Source: an uncultured bacterium (GTDB lineage: Bacteria > Hydrothermota > UBA3073 > NMUJ01 > CBEVQO01). Taken from it: a DNA stretch of 64,000 nt. The translations under genes were made by a program, and so were the position numbers. The notes under the pieces were generated by a model that saw only the letters and a program-made list of their open reading frames with translations, made no database searches and was not told the origin of the DNA. This document shows positions 30,400 to 40,298 of this stretch, piece after piece (positions within the stretch are counted from its first letter, which is position 1; each line of letters begins with the position of its first letter). The DNA is taken from contig CBEVQO010000001.1 in the NCBI GenBank assembly GCA_965552055.1, forward strand, positions 64,001-128,000. Direction: 5' to 3'.

Positions 30400-31947
30400 A
30401 TGAGATTTTTGATTGCATTCTTATTGAGCAGTGCATTAATAGCGCAGGAGACGGGTATCAGACGATATGAACGCAAGTCAATATCGTATGTCGATGTGCT
30501 ACTGATAACAGACCTTGCTCTCGGTGTAAAGGAAAAAGAGGCAAAATACATAATGAGCAGAATAAGGAAATACATAGAATTAAAAAGATTCGATTACAAC
30601 CCAATCCCTGAATGGGCACTTCATAATTTAAAGAGAGAATTAGCAAAAAGAAAAAGGGTATCACTCGAAGAATTCAGGTCTCTTATAGAAAAATATCTCT
30701 TACCTGAAATCAAAAAGGTGCTTGATGCTGCAGCAGAAGTTAGAGCTGCCAAACTTGTATCCGAATCTGAGCGCCAATCTTTCATCGCAACAAAGGCAAA
30801 GGAACTCGGTGTATCTGCAGAAGAAATAGAAAAGGTGCTTAACGCTGCTTATATCTATGTGCCTGCACTTTTCTTCTACGATAAAAAAATAGAAGAAACA
30901 AAAAAAGGCGAAAAATACTGGGATTGCACCGTGGGACTCGCAACAATATGGTTCCATGTAAATTATAGAGGTAAAGAAGCAAAGATAGAGTATTTTAAAA
31001 CATTAAAGACAACATCTTTTGGTATGGCAAGTTTAAAGGAAAAGAATCTGCGCTGGCATGGTAAGAGAGTTACCCCCGAAGAATTCGCATATTATTCGGC
31101 AGTTGATAACGCATGCAGAAACCTGAGGAGAGCGTTGAGGGCTTTGCGACCTTTTAAACTCTGTGCCCCTATTATTGAAAAAATCGGAAATTCACTGGGA
31201 TTTGAACTTGGTAAGGAAGAAGGAGTTAGAATAGATTACAGATTTAAAATTTATGAAGAAAGGGCAACGCCTAAGGGCTCAAAAGAAGTTTGTGTTGGCT
31301 TTTGCAAAGTTCGTCGTGTAAAAAAGAATATGTGTTATGCACAGAAAATCTGGGGTACAGCGGATTACGGTATGATGGCGATTGAGCATCCTCGTCTCGG
31401 TATTGACCTCGTTTTGAGCACAGGATATTACGGAATGAAAGCATCCGGGCGGGATATCGAAGGAAATGGTGCTTTGCCATTTGGAATATCCTTTGCATAC
31501 GACTGGGGAATGATTTTTAACCTACCATTATTCAGTGAATTATGGGGAAGCATTGATTTTGCCTATGGACCTTCTCTTATCAAATATTATGGTGAGCAGT
31601 TAAACTCTTTCTTATTCGGATTATCTCTTTATAAGAAATTTTATTTAGGACCTTTTGCATTTTCTGGTGGAGGGAGTTTTGGCTTAATAAGTTGTGGTAA
31701 AGGCGATAACTCTGCAACAGGCGTAGGATTTTCTTCTTTCATCAACCCAGAATTTGTAATTCATCCCGATTTCATAATCGGTTTAAAACTGCTTTATAAT
31801 TTTTACCCGGAGGAAGAAATCGATATTTACAATAAGATTGATTTTTCAGGAGCAGGTATAATTCTTTATCTTGATTATGCTTTGCCTTCTTTGCCATTTG
31901 ACCCATGGGCAATATTACAGGGTCTTGGCATAATACCATCAATGTAA
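30400..31947 (+). CDS. Exported hypothetical protein (FlgT-C-like middle domain, probable C-terminal beta-barrel)
   Basis: Signal peptide; LGKEEGV...FKIYE...VGFCKV segment; alternating hydrophobic/Gly strands in the last ~180 aa. Confidence 0.5.
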   Translation: MRFLIAFLLSSALIAQETGIRRYERKSISYVDVLLITDLALGVKEKEAKYIMSRIRKYIELKRFDYNPIPEWALHNLKRELAKRKRVSLEEFRSLIEKYLLPEIKKVLDAAAEVRAAKLVSESERQSFIATKAKELGVSAEEIEKVLNAAYIYVPALFFYDKKIEETKKGEKYWDCTVGLATIWFHVNYRGKEAKIEYFKTLKTTSFGMASLKEKNLRWHGKRVTPEEFAYYSAVDNACRNLRRALRALRPFKLCAPIIEKIGNSLGFELGKEEGVRIDYRFKIYEERATPKGSKEVCVGFCKVRRVKKNMCYAQKIWGTADYGMMAIEHPRLGIDLVLSTGYYGMKASGRDIEGNGALPFGISFAYDWGMIFNLPLFSELWGSIDFAYGPSLIKYYGEQLNSFLFGLSLYKKFYLGPFAFSGGGSFGLISCGKGDNSATGVGFSSFINPEFVIHPDFIIGLKLLYNFYPEEEIDIYNKIDFSGAGIILYLDYALPSLPFDPWAILQGLGIIPSM

Positions 31948-31956
31948 GGAGGGGTT

Positions 31957-33183
31957 ATGCGTAGACTTCCTTTCATCATAGGTGTATGTTTGTTTTTGTG
32001 GAGACAGGTATTCTCACAGCCTCCTGTATCGCATGAGGCACGCTACATAGAGAGCGTATCACCAACCGAAGTAATGATAGAAGCAGCTGGTATCGGCAAA
32101 AATACCAAACTCGCAGAAATAGATGCAAGAAAATGTGCAATTTATTTCCTGCTATTCCTCAGCACAGACCCAATACTGAAAACGGATGAAGAGAAAAGCA
32201 GATTTAGACCTTACGAAAATACTTTCTTTGACCCAGAAAACATAAGCAAATATATAACATGGGAATCAACCGCACCTATAAAAAGAATAAGACTGGCAAA
32301 AAAGAAAATAAAAATAGTTAAAAGATTTAAAGTAAATAAAGAAATGTTATATCAGGACCTTGTTTCAAAAGGCATTGTAAAAGCCCGTGAAGAACTGATG
32401 GAAGAAGTGGGTTTACCTTCGATCATGGTGCTACCCGAAACTCCAAAAGGTGAAAATCCCCTTGCTGCTCTCGGTAAAAGATTAAATAGGCATGCAGCCA
32501 CTGTTATTGAATCTTATCTCACTGCAAAAGGTTACGATGTAAATGTGCCTGAAGCAGAAGAGCAATTAACCCAAATAAAGCAGGCTGTAAAAGGAATAAG
32601 GGGGCTCGAAGAAGACGATGCCTATGCCCTTGCTCTGTCTATCGGTAGCGATATTTACATAAAATATCAGATTGCGATACAATCTCGTTATCTCGCAGGT
32701 AGAAAAATGACAAAAGCTAGTGCAACCTTAAAAGCGTATGAAACTACAACAGGAAAATTGCTTGGTGCAGAAACAGGATACAGCAAAGAAAGACCTTCGC
32801 CACCTGAAGTTTGTGCAGAAGAAGCCCTACATGATGCATGTGATAAAGTATTGCAGAGAATAATGAATTACTGGAAAGTACAGGCAGCAAAAGGCAAACC
32901 TTTCAAAGTTGTTGTATCAATAGAAGGTATAACAGATGAAGATGAACTCGAAGATGTGCAATTTGCAGTAGAAGATGCATTGAAAGAAGCATGTGAAAAA
33001 ACAAAGTTAATAACATCAACTGAAAAAACGATGGAATTTACAGTATGGTCAAAATTATCCGGGACAACGGAGCTCTACAGGGCTATAAAGCGTGCTTTCA
33101 AACGGCTTTACAGGGGCGAAGCAAGGATGAGAAGGGGCTTTCACACCCGCAAATTATTAATGCTTGAAATCGTAGCAGAGTAA
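31957..33183 (+). CDS. Exported hypothetical protein, DUF6175-like
   Basis: Signal peptide; LPSIMVLP, GSDIYI, LKAYETTTGKLLGAETGYS pattern. Confidence 0.55.
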   Translation: MRRLPFIIGVCLFLWRQVFSQPPVSHEARYIESVSPTEVMIEAAGIGKNTKLAEIDARKCAIYFLLFLSTDPILKTDEEKSRFRPYENTFFDPENISKYITWESTAPIKRIRLAKKKIKIVKRFKVNKEMLYQDLVSKGIVKAREELMEEVGLPSIMVLPETPKGENPLAALGKRLNRHAATVIESYLTAKGYDVNVPEAEEQLTQIKQAVKGIRGLEEDDAYALALSIGSDIYIKYQIAIQSRYLAGRKMTKASATLKAYETTTGKLLGAETGYSKERPSPPEVCAEEALHDACDKVLQRIMNYWKVQAAKGKPFKVVVSIEGITDEDELEDVQFAVEDALKEACEKTKLITSTEKTMEFTVWSKLSGTTELYRAIKRAFKRLYRGEARMRRGFHTRKLLMLEIVAE

Positions 33184-33196
33184 TTTACATTTTTGG

Positions 33197-33223
33197 TTGA
33201 CAAATTGAAATTTTGAGTAATAA
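33197..33223 (+). promoter_or_regulatory. Promoter TTGACA-N15-TAATAA, 8 nt before ileS ATG
   Basis: Perfect -35 at 33197-33202; no SD before ATG 33232. Confidence 0.6.
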
Positions 33224-33231
33224 ATAACCTG

Positions 33232-35937
33232 ATGAATTATAAAGATACAATAAATCTGCCGAAAACTTCTTTTTCGATGAAAGCAAATTTAAAAGAAAAG
33301 GAACCAAAGTTTTTAAAATACTGGGAAGATATTAAACTTTATGAGAAGTTGCAAAAGAGAGAAGGTGAAACTTTTATTCTTCACGATGGTCCCCCTTATG
33401 CAAATGGCAATGTGCATCTCGGCACTGCTTTAAATAAAATTTTGAAAGATTTTGTTCTGAAATATAAATCAATGAGGGGGTACAGATGTCCCTTTATCCC
33501 TGGATGGGATTGCCATGGTATGCCTATTGAACATGAAGTTACCAAATCTTTTGGTGAAAAGTGGAAAGATATTTCAAAACTCGAAAGACGAAAGAAATGC
33601 AAAGATTATGCTGATAAATTTATAAATGTGCAGAGAGAAGAATTTAAGCGCCTGGGAGTAATAGGTGACTGGCAAAATCCTTACATTACGATGTCTCCAA
33701 GATATGAAGCAAAAGTTCTCGATGTATTTAAAAAGCTCGTAGAGAAAGGTTATATTTACAGGGCGAATAAACCCATTTACTGGTGTCCTGTTTGTGAAAC
33801 AGCGCTCGCAGAAGCAGAAGTAGAATACAGGGAGCGTGAAGACCCATCGATTTATGTACGCTTCCCGATGGAAAAGGGAGTATCACTTTTGATATGGACT
33901 ACAACTCCATGGACTCTGCCTGCGAATGTAGCTGTGGCTGTAAAACCAGATATCGATTATGAGTTCGTTGAATACAATGGACATATACTCGTAATAGCTG
34001 CTCCTTTAAGAGAAAAGGTTCTCGGTGATGTTCCCGTTATAAAGAAAGTAAAGGGCAAATCTTTTAGTGGAAAACATACCGGGCATCCGATTTTCGAAGA
34101 CAGGATATCAAAAATTGTTACCGCTGATTTTGTAACAATGGAAATGGGAACAGGATGCGTGCATATAGCTCCAGGACACGGTGAGGAAGATTACAAACTC
34201 GGAAGAGAATATAACCTTGAAGTTTTATCCCCTGTGAATGAAAAAGGCATTTTCACCGCTGATGCAGGACCCTTTGCAGGTAAATATGTATTTGATGCAA
34301 ATAAGGACATAATTAAATTTCTAAAAAATAAAGGATTGCTTGTAAAAGAAGAAAAAATAACCCACTCATATCCTCATTGCTGGAGATGTAAAAATCCTTT
34401 GATTTTCAGGGCTTCACCCCAATGGTTTCTGGATATTGAGCATCTTGATTTGCGTAAAAGATGTCTTGATATACTTTCCGAGATAAAGTGGATACCCAAA
34501 TGGGGATTTGACCGCATGCGTAATTCTCTCTTACAGCGTCCTGACTGGTGCTTGTCCCGTCAGAGAGCCTGGGGTGTGCCTTTGCCAATTCTTTACTGTA
34601 AAAATTGTGGCGAGCCACTACTCGATGTTGAGGTAATTGATAGAACAATAAGAATAGTTGAAACAATGGGAACAGATGCATGGTTCCATTTGCCACCCGA
34701 AGAAATAGCTCAGGATAAAGTTTGTAAAAAATGCGGTGCAAAAGAATTTGTAAAGGAAGAAGATGTTTTTGATGTATGGTTTGATTCATCTTCAAGTTTC
34801 AATGCAGTATGTAAGGAAGATTTAAAATATCCTGCTGATATTTATCTTGAAGCAGTTGACCAGCACAGGGGCTGGTTTCAATTATCTTTGATTTTATCAG
34901 TAGCAACAGATGGTAAAACACCTTTCAAAACATGTATAACACATGGCCTGGTGCTTGATAAAGAATACAGGAAAATGTCAAAAAGTTTGGGAAATGTCGT
35001 ATCACCCATGGAAGTCGTTGAAAAATATGGTGCAGATATTTTACGCCTATATTTTGCATCCGTTGATTACACAAAAGATTTGCCTTTTGATATGGAAGTT
35101 GTAGATAAAGTAGCAATAGCTTACAGAAAAATAAGAAATACTTTCAAATATTTGCTGGGTAATCTACACGATTTTGACCCACAAAAAGATAAAGTAGAAT
35201 ACGATAATTTGATGGAAATCGATAAATACATGCTTCACAAATTACAAAAAGTTATAAAAGAAGTTCTTACTGCTTATGATAAATTTGACTTTGCAAAAGT
35301 TTATTCCCGTCTGCTTGATTTTGTAAATTATCTATCGTGGTTTTATTTTGATATTTTGAAAGACCGTCTTTATACTTATGGTAAGGATTGGATAGAAAGG
35401 AGAAGTGCCCAGACAGTGCTTTATGATATTCTTTTAGCGCTTGTGAAACTTTATGCACCTCTGATGCCCTTCACCACAGAAGAAGTATGGCAACATCTAA
35501 AAATATCGGAAAGTGTGCATCTTGAATTATTACCGGAACCCGAAGATAAATTTATAAATGAAGAACTCGAAAAGGAATGGGAGATAATTGAAAATGTAAG
35601 GGATGATGTATTAAAGGCACTTGAAATAAAGAGGAAAGAAAAATTCATCGGCAACTCTTTGGAAGCAAGGATAAAAATTGAAGCCAAAAATGAGGAAGTT
35701 AAATCCATACTTGAAAACAAAAAAGAATTTTTGCCCGAAGTTTTCATCGTATCACAAGTTGAAATTGGCGAAGTTTCAAATGTGGTTTATGATGGAGAAA
35801 ATGTAAAAGTAGGAGTAGAACATGCACTTGGTAAAAAATGCGAAAGATGCTGGATTTATTCCGAAACAGTTGGAAAAGATAAAGAATATCCAACAATTTG
35901 TTCAAAATGTGTGAAGGTAATAAAGGGGGTGAGATGA
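33232..35937 (+). CDS. ileS: Isoleucine--tRNA ligase (type 1)
   Basis: HDGPPYANG, HLGT, DQHRGWF, KMSKS, C-terminal CERC/CSKC zinc finger. Confidence 0.97.
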   Translation: MNYKDTINLPKTSFSMKANLKEKEPKFLKYWEDIKLYEKLQKREGETFILHDGPPYANGNVHLGTALNKILKDFVLKYKSMRGYRCPFIPGWDCHGMPIEHEVTKSFGEKWKDISKLERRKKCKDYADKFINVQREEFKRLGVIGDWQNPYITMSPRYEAKVLDVFKKLVEKGYIYRANKPIYWCPVCETALAEAEVEYREREDPSIYVRFPMEKGVSLLIWTTTPWTLPANVAVAVKPDIDYEFVEYNGHILVIAAPLREKVLGDVPVIKKVKGKSFSGKHTGHPIFEDRISKIVTADFVTMEMGTGCVHIAPGHGEEDYKLGREYNLEVLSPVNEKGIFTADAGPFAGKYVFDANKDIIKFLKNKGLLVKEEKITHSYPHCWRCKNPLIFRASPQWFLDIEHLDLRKRCLDILSEIKWIPKWGFDRMRNSLLQRPDWCLSRQRAWGVPLPILYCKNCGEPLLDVEVIDRTIRIVETMGTDAWFHLPPEEIAQDKVCKKCGAKEFVKEEDVFDVWFDSSSSFNAVCKEDLKYPADIYLEAVDQHRGWFQLSLILSVATDGKTPFKTCITHGLVLDKEYRKMSKSLGNVVSPMEVVEKYGADILRLYFASVDYTKDLPFDMEVVDKVAIAYRKIRNTFKYLLGNLHDFDPQKDKVEYDNLMEIDKYMLHKLQKVIKEVLTAYDKFDFAKVYSRLLDFVNYLSWFYFDILKDRLYTYGKDWIERRSAQTVLYDILLALVKLYAPLMPFTTEEVWQHLKISESVHLELLPEPEDKFINEELEKEWEIIENVRDDVLKALEIKRKEKFIGNSLEARIKIEAKNEEVKSILENKKEFLPEVFIVSQVEIGEVSNVVYDGENVKVGVEHALGKKCERCWIYSETVGKDKEYPTICSKCVKVIKGVR

Positions 35938-36353
35938 CGCAAAAGGAACTTGAATTTTTCAGGAACCTCCTGCTAAAAATGAAGCGTGAGATCAAGGAAG
36001 CGCTCGAAGAAAAGAGAAAACGCATACAAAATCCATATCAGGAGACATCTTCCGAACTATCATTACTGCCATCGCATGAAGCAGATAGGGGAACAGATGA
36101 AGAAATACTCGAAGAAACAGCACTCCATCTAACAGCAGATGCAAATGCACTTTTCGAAATAGAAGAAGCACTCAATAAAATTGAAAAAGGAGAATACGGA
36201 ATTTGTGAAAGATGCGGTAAACCTATAGAGATAGAGCGCCTCAAAATAATACCATATGCCAAATATTGCTTAAAATGTCAGAGGGATATAGAAGCATTAC
36301 AATCAAAGGAGGAAGAATACGAAAACAGACGCTTCAAGGAATTCAGAATATAA
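35934..36353 (+). CDS. TraR/DksA C4-type zinc-finger protein
   Basis: Coiled coil then YGICERCG...RL..IPYAKYCLKC. Start MTQKE at 35934. Confidence 0.88.
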   Translation: MTQKELEFFRNLLLKMKREIKEALEEKRKRIQNPYQETSSELSLLPSHEADRGTDEEILEETALHLTADANALFEIEEALNKIEKGEYGICERCGKPIEIERLKIIPYAKYCLKCQRDIEALQSKEEEYENRRFKEFRI

Positions 36354-36766
36354 TGATTTTCTTATCATGCGATTTAATCTCAAAGTTTGTGGTATGGAAA
36401 TTTTTACCTCTTTACAAATCTGTGAAAATCTTGGGTAACTTAATAAGGATAACTCACATTGAAAATCCGGGAATGGTATTTGGCTTGCCAATTCCTCAAA
36501 AAAGCATCTTTTTGGTTTTATCCTTTGCCGTTGTTCTCTTTTTGATATTTTTAAGCGTAAAAAAGGGAGGAATTGTAATCCCGATGATTACAGCAGGTGC
36601 TATTGGTAATTTTGTGGATAGATTATGGAAAGGCACGGTTACAGATTTCATTGATATAGGTGTAAAAAGCTGGCGTTATCCAACTTTTAATCTCGCGGAC
36701 TCTTTTATAACTGTCGGTTTAATAATTTTAATATTAAAATCTTTGAAAGGAGGAGGTCATGGTTAG
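36353..36766 (+). CDS. lspA: Lipoprotein signal peptidase II
   Basis: NPGMVFG, GAIGNFVDR, VTDFI, FNLADS. Probable start ATG 36353 overlaps the upstream TAA. Confidence 0.88.
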   Translation: MIFLSCDLISKFVVWKFLPLYKSVKILGNLIRITHIENPGMVFGLPIPQKSIFLVLSFAVVLFLIFLSVKKGGIVIPMITAGAIGNFVDRLWKGTVTDFIDIGVKSWRYPTFNLADSFITVGLIILILKSLKGGGHG

Positions 36767-36989
36767 GGCGTATGTGCTTATAAAAACAAAAACAGGAGCA
36801 CAGAGGGGCGTTAAAAATGCATTACAGGCACTGATGCATGTAAAAGAAGTATCAATGATAACAGGACAATATGATATAATTGCAGTAGTGGAAACAAAAG
36901 ATACAAAAACATTGGGTGAAGTCGTATCTATGCAAATACCAAATATCGATGGAGTAGAAGAAACATGCACATGTATCGCTGTTGATTGA
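36759..36989 (+). CDS. Stand-alone Lrp/AsnC ligand-binding (RAM) domain protein
   Basis: AYVLI, ITGQYDIIA, IDGVEETCT. Confidence 0.85.
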   Translation: MVRAYVLIKTKTGAQRGVKNALQALMHVKEVSMITGQYDIIAVVETKDTKTLGEVVSMQIPNIDGVEETCTCIAVD

Positions 36990-38425
36990 TGTTTAACACA
37001 GAGCAAGAAAAAATAAGAATCGAAAAACTAAAAAAATTACGAGAAAAAGGAATTAATCCTTATCCTTACTCTTTTTCAATCACCCACAAATTCAAAGAAT
37101 TAAAAGAAAATTTTGAAGAGTTAGAGGGAAAAGAAGTTCAAAGTGCAGGCAGGATAATGTCGATCCGTCGCCACGGCAAATCTACTTTTATGACACTAAA
37201 AGATTCTACAGAAAATCTACAAATTTATTTCCGCAAAGATATAGTTGGTGACGAAAACTATGAAATAATGAAACTACTCGATATAGGTGATATAATAGGG
37301 GTCAAAGGCGAACTTTTTAAAACCCATACAGGTGAAATAACAATCCTTATAAAAGAATTTCAACTGTTAGCAAAATCCCTGCATCCCTTACCTGAGAAAT
37401 GGCATGGATTGAAAGATGTTGAAACACGATACAGAAGAAGATACCTTGATATTTTAATGAATGATGATGTTAAAAAAATTATCGAAACAAGGTCAAGGAT
37501 AATAAAAGAATTGCGAAATTTTCTTGATAGTAAGGGCTTCATTGAGATAGAAACACCCATTTTACAGCCACTTTATGGTGGAGCATTTGCAAATCCTTTC
37601 AAAACCTATTATGAAGCACTCGATAGGGAATATTATCTGCGTATTTCAGATGAATTATACTTAAAACGATTGATAGTTGCAGGATTTGACAAAGTTTATG
37701 AAATAGGAAAAGATTTTAGAAATGAAGGAATAGACAGGATGCATAATCCGGAATTCACACAGTTAGAAGTTTACGAAGCTTACACAGATTATAATGGGAT
37801 GATGAAACTCGCAGAAGAAATATTTTCTTATCTCTCCGATATTTTCGGTTCAAAATTAAAATTTGAAGACAAGGAAACAGATTTGAGAAAAGGCTTCAAG
37901 AAAATAAAATATCTTGACGCGATAAAAGAATATGCAGGGATAAATCCCGAAGATAAAGGTGAAGTTTTGAAGTTAGCAAAAGAGTTGGAGATAAGGACAG
38001 AAGATGTTCCTTTTGGTAAAATCCTTGATAAAATTTTTGATTTAAAGGTTGTGCCAAATTTGATAGACCCCACATTTGTAATCGATTATCCAAAAGATAT
38101 TTCTCCGCTTGCTAAAACTCATAGAGAAAATCCCAATTTAACAGAAAGATTTGAAATTTTTATTTTGGGGATAGAACTTGGCAATGCATTTTCGGAGTTA
38201 AATGACCCCCTTGACCAGTATGAGCGCTTTAAAAATCAGGCAGAATACAGGAAAATGGGTGACAAAGAAGCACATCCACTTGATGAGGATTTCATATTCG
38301 CACTCGAAATAGGAATGCCACCGCTCGGAGGATTGGGAATAGGAATAGATAGATTATGTATGCTATTCACAGGTGCAACATCAATAAGAGAAGTTATACC
38401 TTTCCCCCAGTTGAAAACAAAATGA
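36986..38425 (+). CDS. lysS: Lysine--tRNA ligase (class II)
   Basis: OB-fold N-terminus, FRNEG, HNPEFT, ELGNAFSELND, GLGIGIDRL. Confidence 0.97.
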   Translation: MMFNTEQEKIRIEKLKKLREKGINPYPYSFSITHKFKELKENFEELEGKEVQSAGRIMSIRRHGKSTFMTLKDSTENLQIYFRKDIVGDENYEIMKLLDIGDIIGVKGELFKTHTGEITILIKEFQLLAKSLHPLPEKWHGLKDVETRYRRRYLDILMNDDVKKIIETRSRIIKELRNFLDSKGFIEIETPILQPLYGGAFANPFKTYYEALDREYYLRISDELYLKRLIVAGFDKVYEIGKDFRNEGIDRMHNPEFTQLEVYEAYTDYNGMMKLAEEIFSYLSDIFGSKLKFEDKETDLRKGFKKIKYLDAIKEYAGINPEDKGEVLKLAKELEIRTEDVPFGKILDKIFDLKVVPNLIDPTFVIDYPKDISPLAKTHRENPNLTERFEIFILGIELGNAFSELNDPLDQYERFKNQAEYRKMGDKEAHPLDEDFIFALEIGMPPLGGLGIGIDRLCMLFTGATSIREVIPFPQLKTK

Positions 38426-38427
38426 TT

Positions 38428-39624
38428 TTATAACTCTTCTGCTATCATCCAGAAATAAAGGGGATAAAGTTCATTTAAAAATCTGTAATAACCTCTGCCC
38501 CTGGAAATATCCCTTTCAATAATGCCTTCTTTTTCTAAATATCGCAGAAAATTATTTAATCTATTCTTCTCCTTTTCATTTAAAAATCTGCTAATTTCAT
38601 TTTTTGCGAATTCTCTTTTTATCCGTTGTTCTCCCATTATCTTTAAAATTTTTTTATATTTATCATTTCTGACAAAATTATAAATTTTTGGGTCAATATA
38701 TTTTCGTCCTATATTATTTGCAGCTTCTATTACCCCTGCAGCTACATCCCCTGAATCAATCACCCCGTCTTCATCTGCGAAAAATACAGCTTCTCCTATT
38801 TCATGCATAAGTAATGGGAAACCTCCACTAAAAAAGACCAAATCCTTTAATGCTTCGTCCTCAATCTTGACATTAACTTTGGCGAAAGATTTTTTGAAAA
38901 ACTCTTTTATATCCTTTTCCCTTAAAATATCAATTTCTATGATTCTAAATATTCGCATCAACGAAGGTTGAATTTCCATCAATTTTGTGCGATGCTCGGG
39001 CAACGCTGTTATAATCATTAAAAGAGGCAAATGCGGGAATTCAATTGAAACTTTATCTGAAAAACTTTTAAGCCAGTTAGCAAAATCAAACCTTACAAAG
39101 CCGTTTATATCATCCAAAATTATAAGGATGCCTTTTTTAAACCTTGCAATTTTATTCCAGACATTATTCAAAGCAGTAGGGAAATTCATAAGTATTGTTT
39201 CAAGGATATTTTCAGGTGCTTTAAAATTAAATTTGACAAATCCGAGAATATTTACGCTTTCGACATATTTTTCAAATAAATCTTTTATCCTTTCATATAA
39301 GTTTTGAGATTGCACTGAATCAATTAAAGCGTTTAAAATATATTTAATAATATCGGTTAATTTGTTTGCCTGTCCTAAGAAGACATGCATTGTTAGGAAA
39401 TTTTCCCTTTCTGCGAGATAAGAAATTAAAGAAGCAAATGAACTTTTACCAATTCCTCTTTCTCCCACTATAAAGATGTTTTCATATCGCCCTGATTTTA
39501 CCCGATTTAAATAAGATTTGACTTCTTCGATTTCTTTTTCTCTTCCGACAAATAAATCAAGCGTCTCTCTGGTGAGCGGTTTACCCGGATAAAACGGACT
39601 CTCTTTATAAAGTTTTTTTATCAT
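38428..39624 (-). CDS. AAA+/STAND-like P-loop ATPase with probable C-terminal winged helix
   Basis: SPFYPG, FVGREKE, GERGIGKSS Walker A, IILDDI Walker B, SGGFP. Confidence 0.75.
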   Translation of the reverse strand: MIKKLYKESPFYPGKPLTRETLDLFVGREKEIEEVKSYLNRVKSGRYENIFIVGERGIGKSSFASLISYLAERENFLTMHVFLGQANKLTDIIKYILNALIDSVQSQNLYERIKDLFEKYVESVNILGFVKFNFKAPENILETILMNFPTALNNVWNKIARFKKGILIILDDINGFVRFDFANWLKSFSDKVSIEFPHLPLLMIITALPEHRTKLMEIQPSLMRIFRIIEIDILREKDIKEFFKKSFAKVNVKIEDEALKDLVFFSGGFPLLMHEIGEAVFFADEDGVIDSGDVAAGVIEAANNIGRKYIDPKIYNFVRNDKYKKILKIMGEQRIKREFAKNEISRFLNEKEKNRLNNFLRYLEKEGIIERDISRGRGYYRFLNELYPLYFWMIAEEL

Positions 39625-40298
39625 CTCGCCTTTTTGAATTTTTCTACATTTTTGTAGTGTCCAAAGAGAATCAGGGTGTCATTTTCATAGATTACATCTT
39701 CTGCATGTGGTGGCATTATTTTTTCGCCGTTTCTCTTTATCATCAAAACTATCAAATTGTATTCTTTTGTCAAAGGAATCTCCGATAACTTTTTGCCCGC
39801 ATAAACTTTTGGCACCTTTACACTATAAATACCATATTCCGGCTCTGTAAAAATTTCCTCTATCCCTGGCTCCACAATTGAGCGAGCTATCCTTTGACCC
39901 ATCTCCTTTTCTGGCAACACTATCCTTTGAACTCCTAACTTCTTCAAAACTTCCTTTTGCCTCTCATCCACTGCTTTGCAAATGATATTCTTAGCGCCTT
40001 TTTCCATCAAAGTAAGTGCAGTTAAAATGCTCGATTGTATATCCCTTCCTATCGCAATAACTATTGCATCAAAATCTTTAACCCTTATATCATCAAGTGC
40101 ACCTTCAGCTGTAACATCTGCTTTTATTACGGAAAGAGTAGCTTTTCCCTTTTCGTAGCGCTTCCACATTTGCATCACATCTTTAACCCTTTCTTCATCT
40201 TTATCTATCGCAAGTATCTGACAATTGTGCTTTAGCAATTCCTCAAGAATTGACATGCCGAATCTACCCAACCCAATAAGTAAAACCTGCCTCGCCAT
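39621..40298 (-). CDS. ktrA: Ktr/Trk K+ uptake NAD-binding RCK subunit
   Basis: IGLGRFG, PEKEMG, C-terminal RCK_C domain. Confidence 0.88.
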   Translation of the reverse strand: MARQVLLIGLGRFGMSILEELLKHNCQILAIDKDEERVKDVMQMWKRYEKGKATLSVIKADVTAEGALDDIRVKDFDAIVIAIGRDIQSSILTALTLMEKGAKNIICKAVDERQKEVLKKLGVQRIVLPEKEMGQRIARSIVEPGIEEIFTEPEYGIYSVKVPKVYAGKKLSEIPLTKEYNLIVLMIKRNGEKIMPPHAEDVIYENDTLILFGHYKNVEKFKKAR

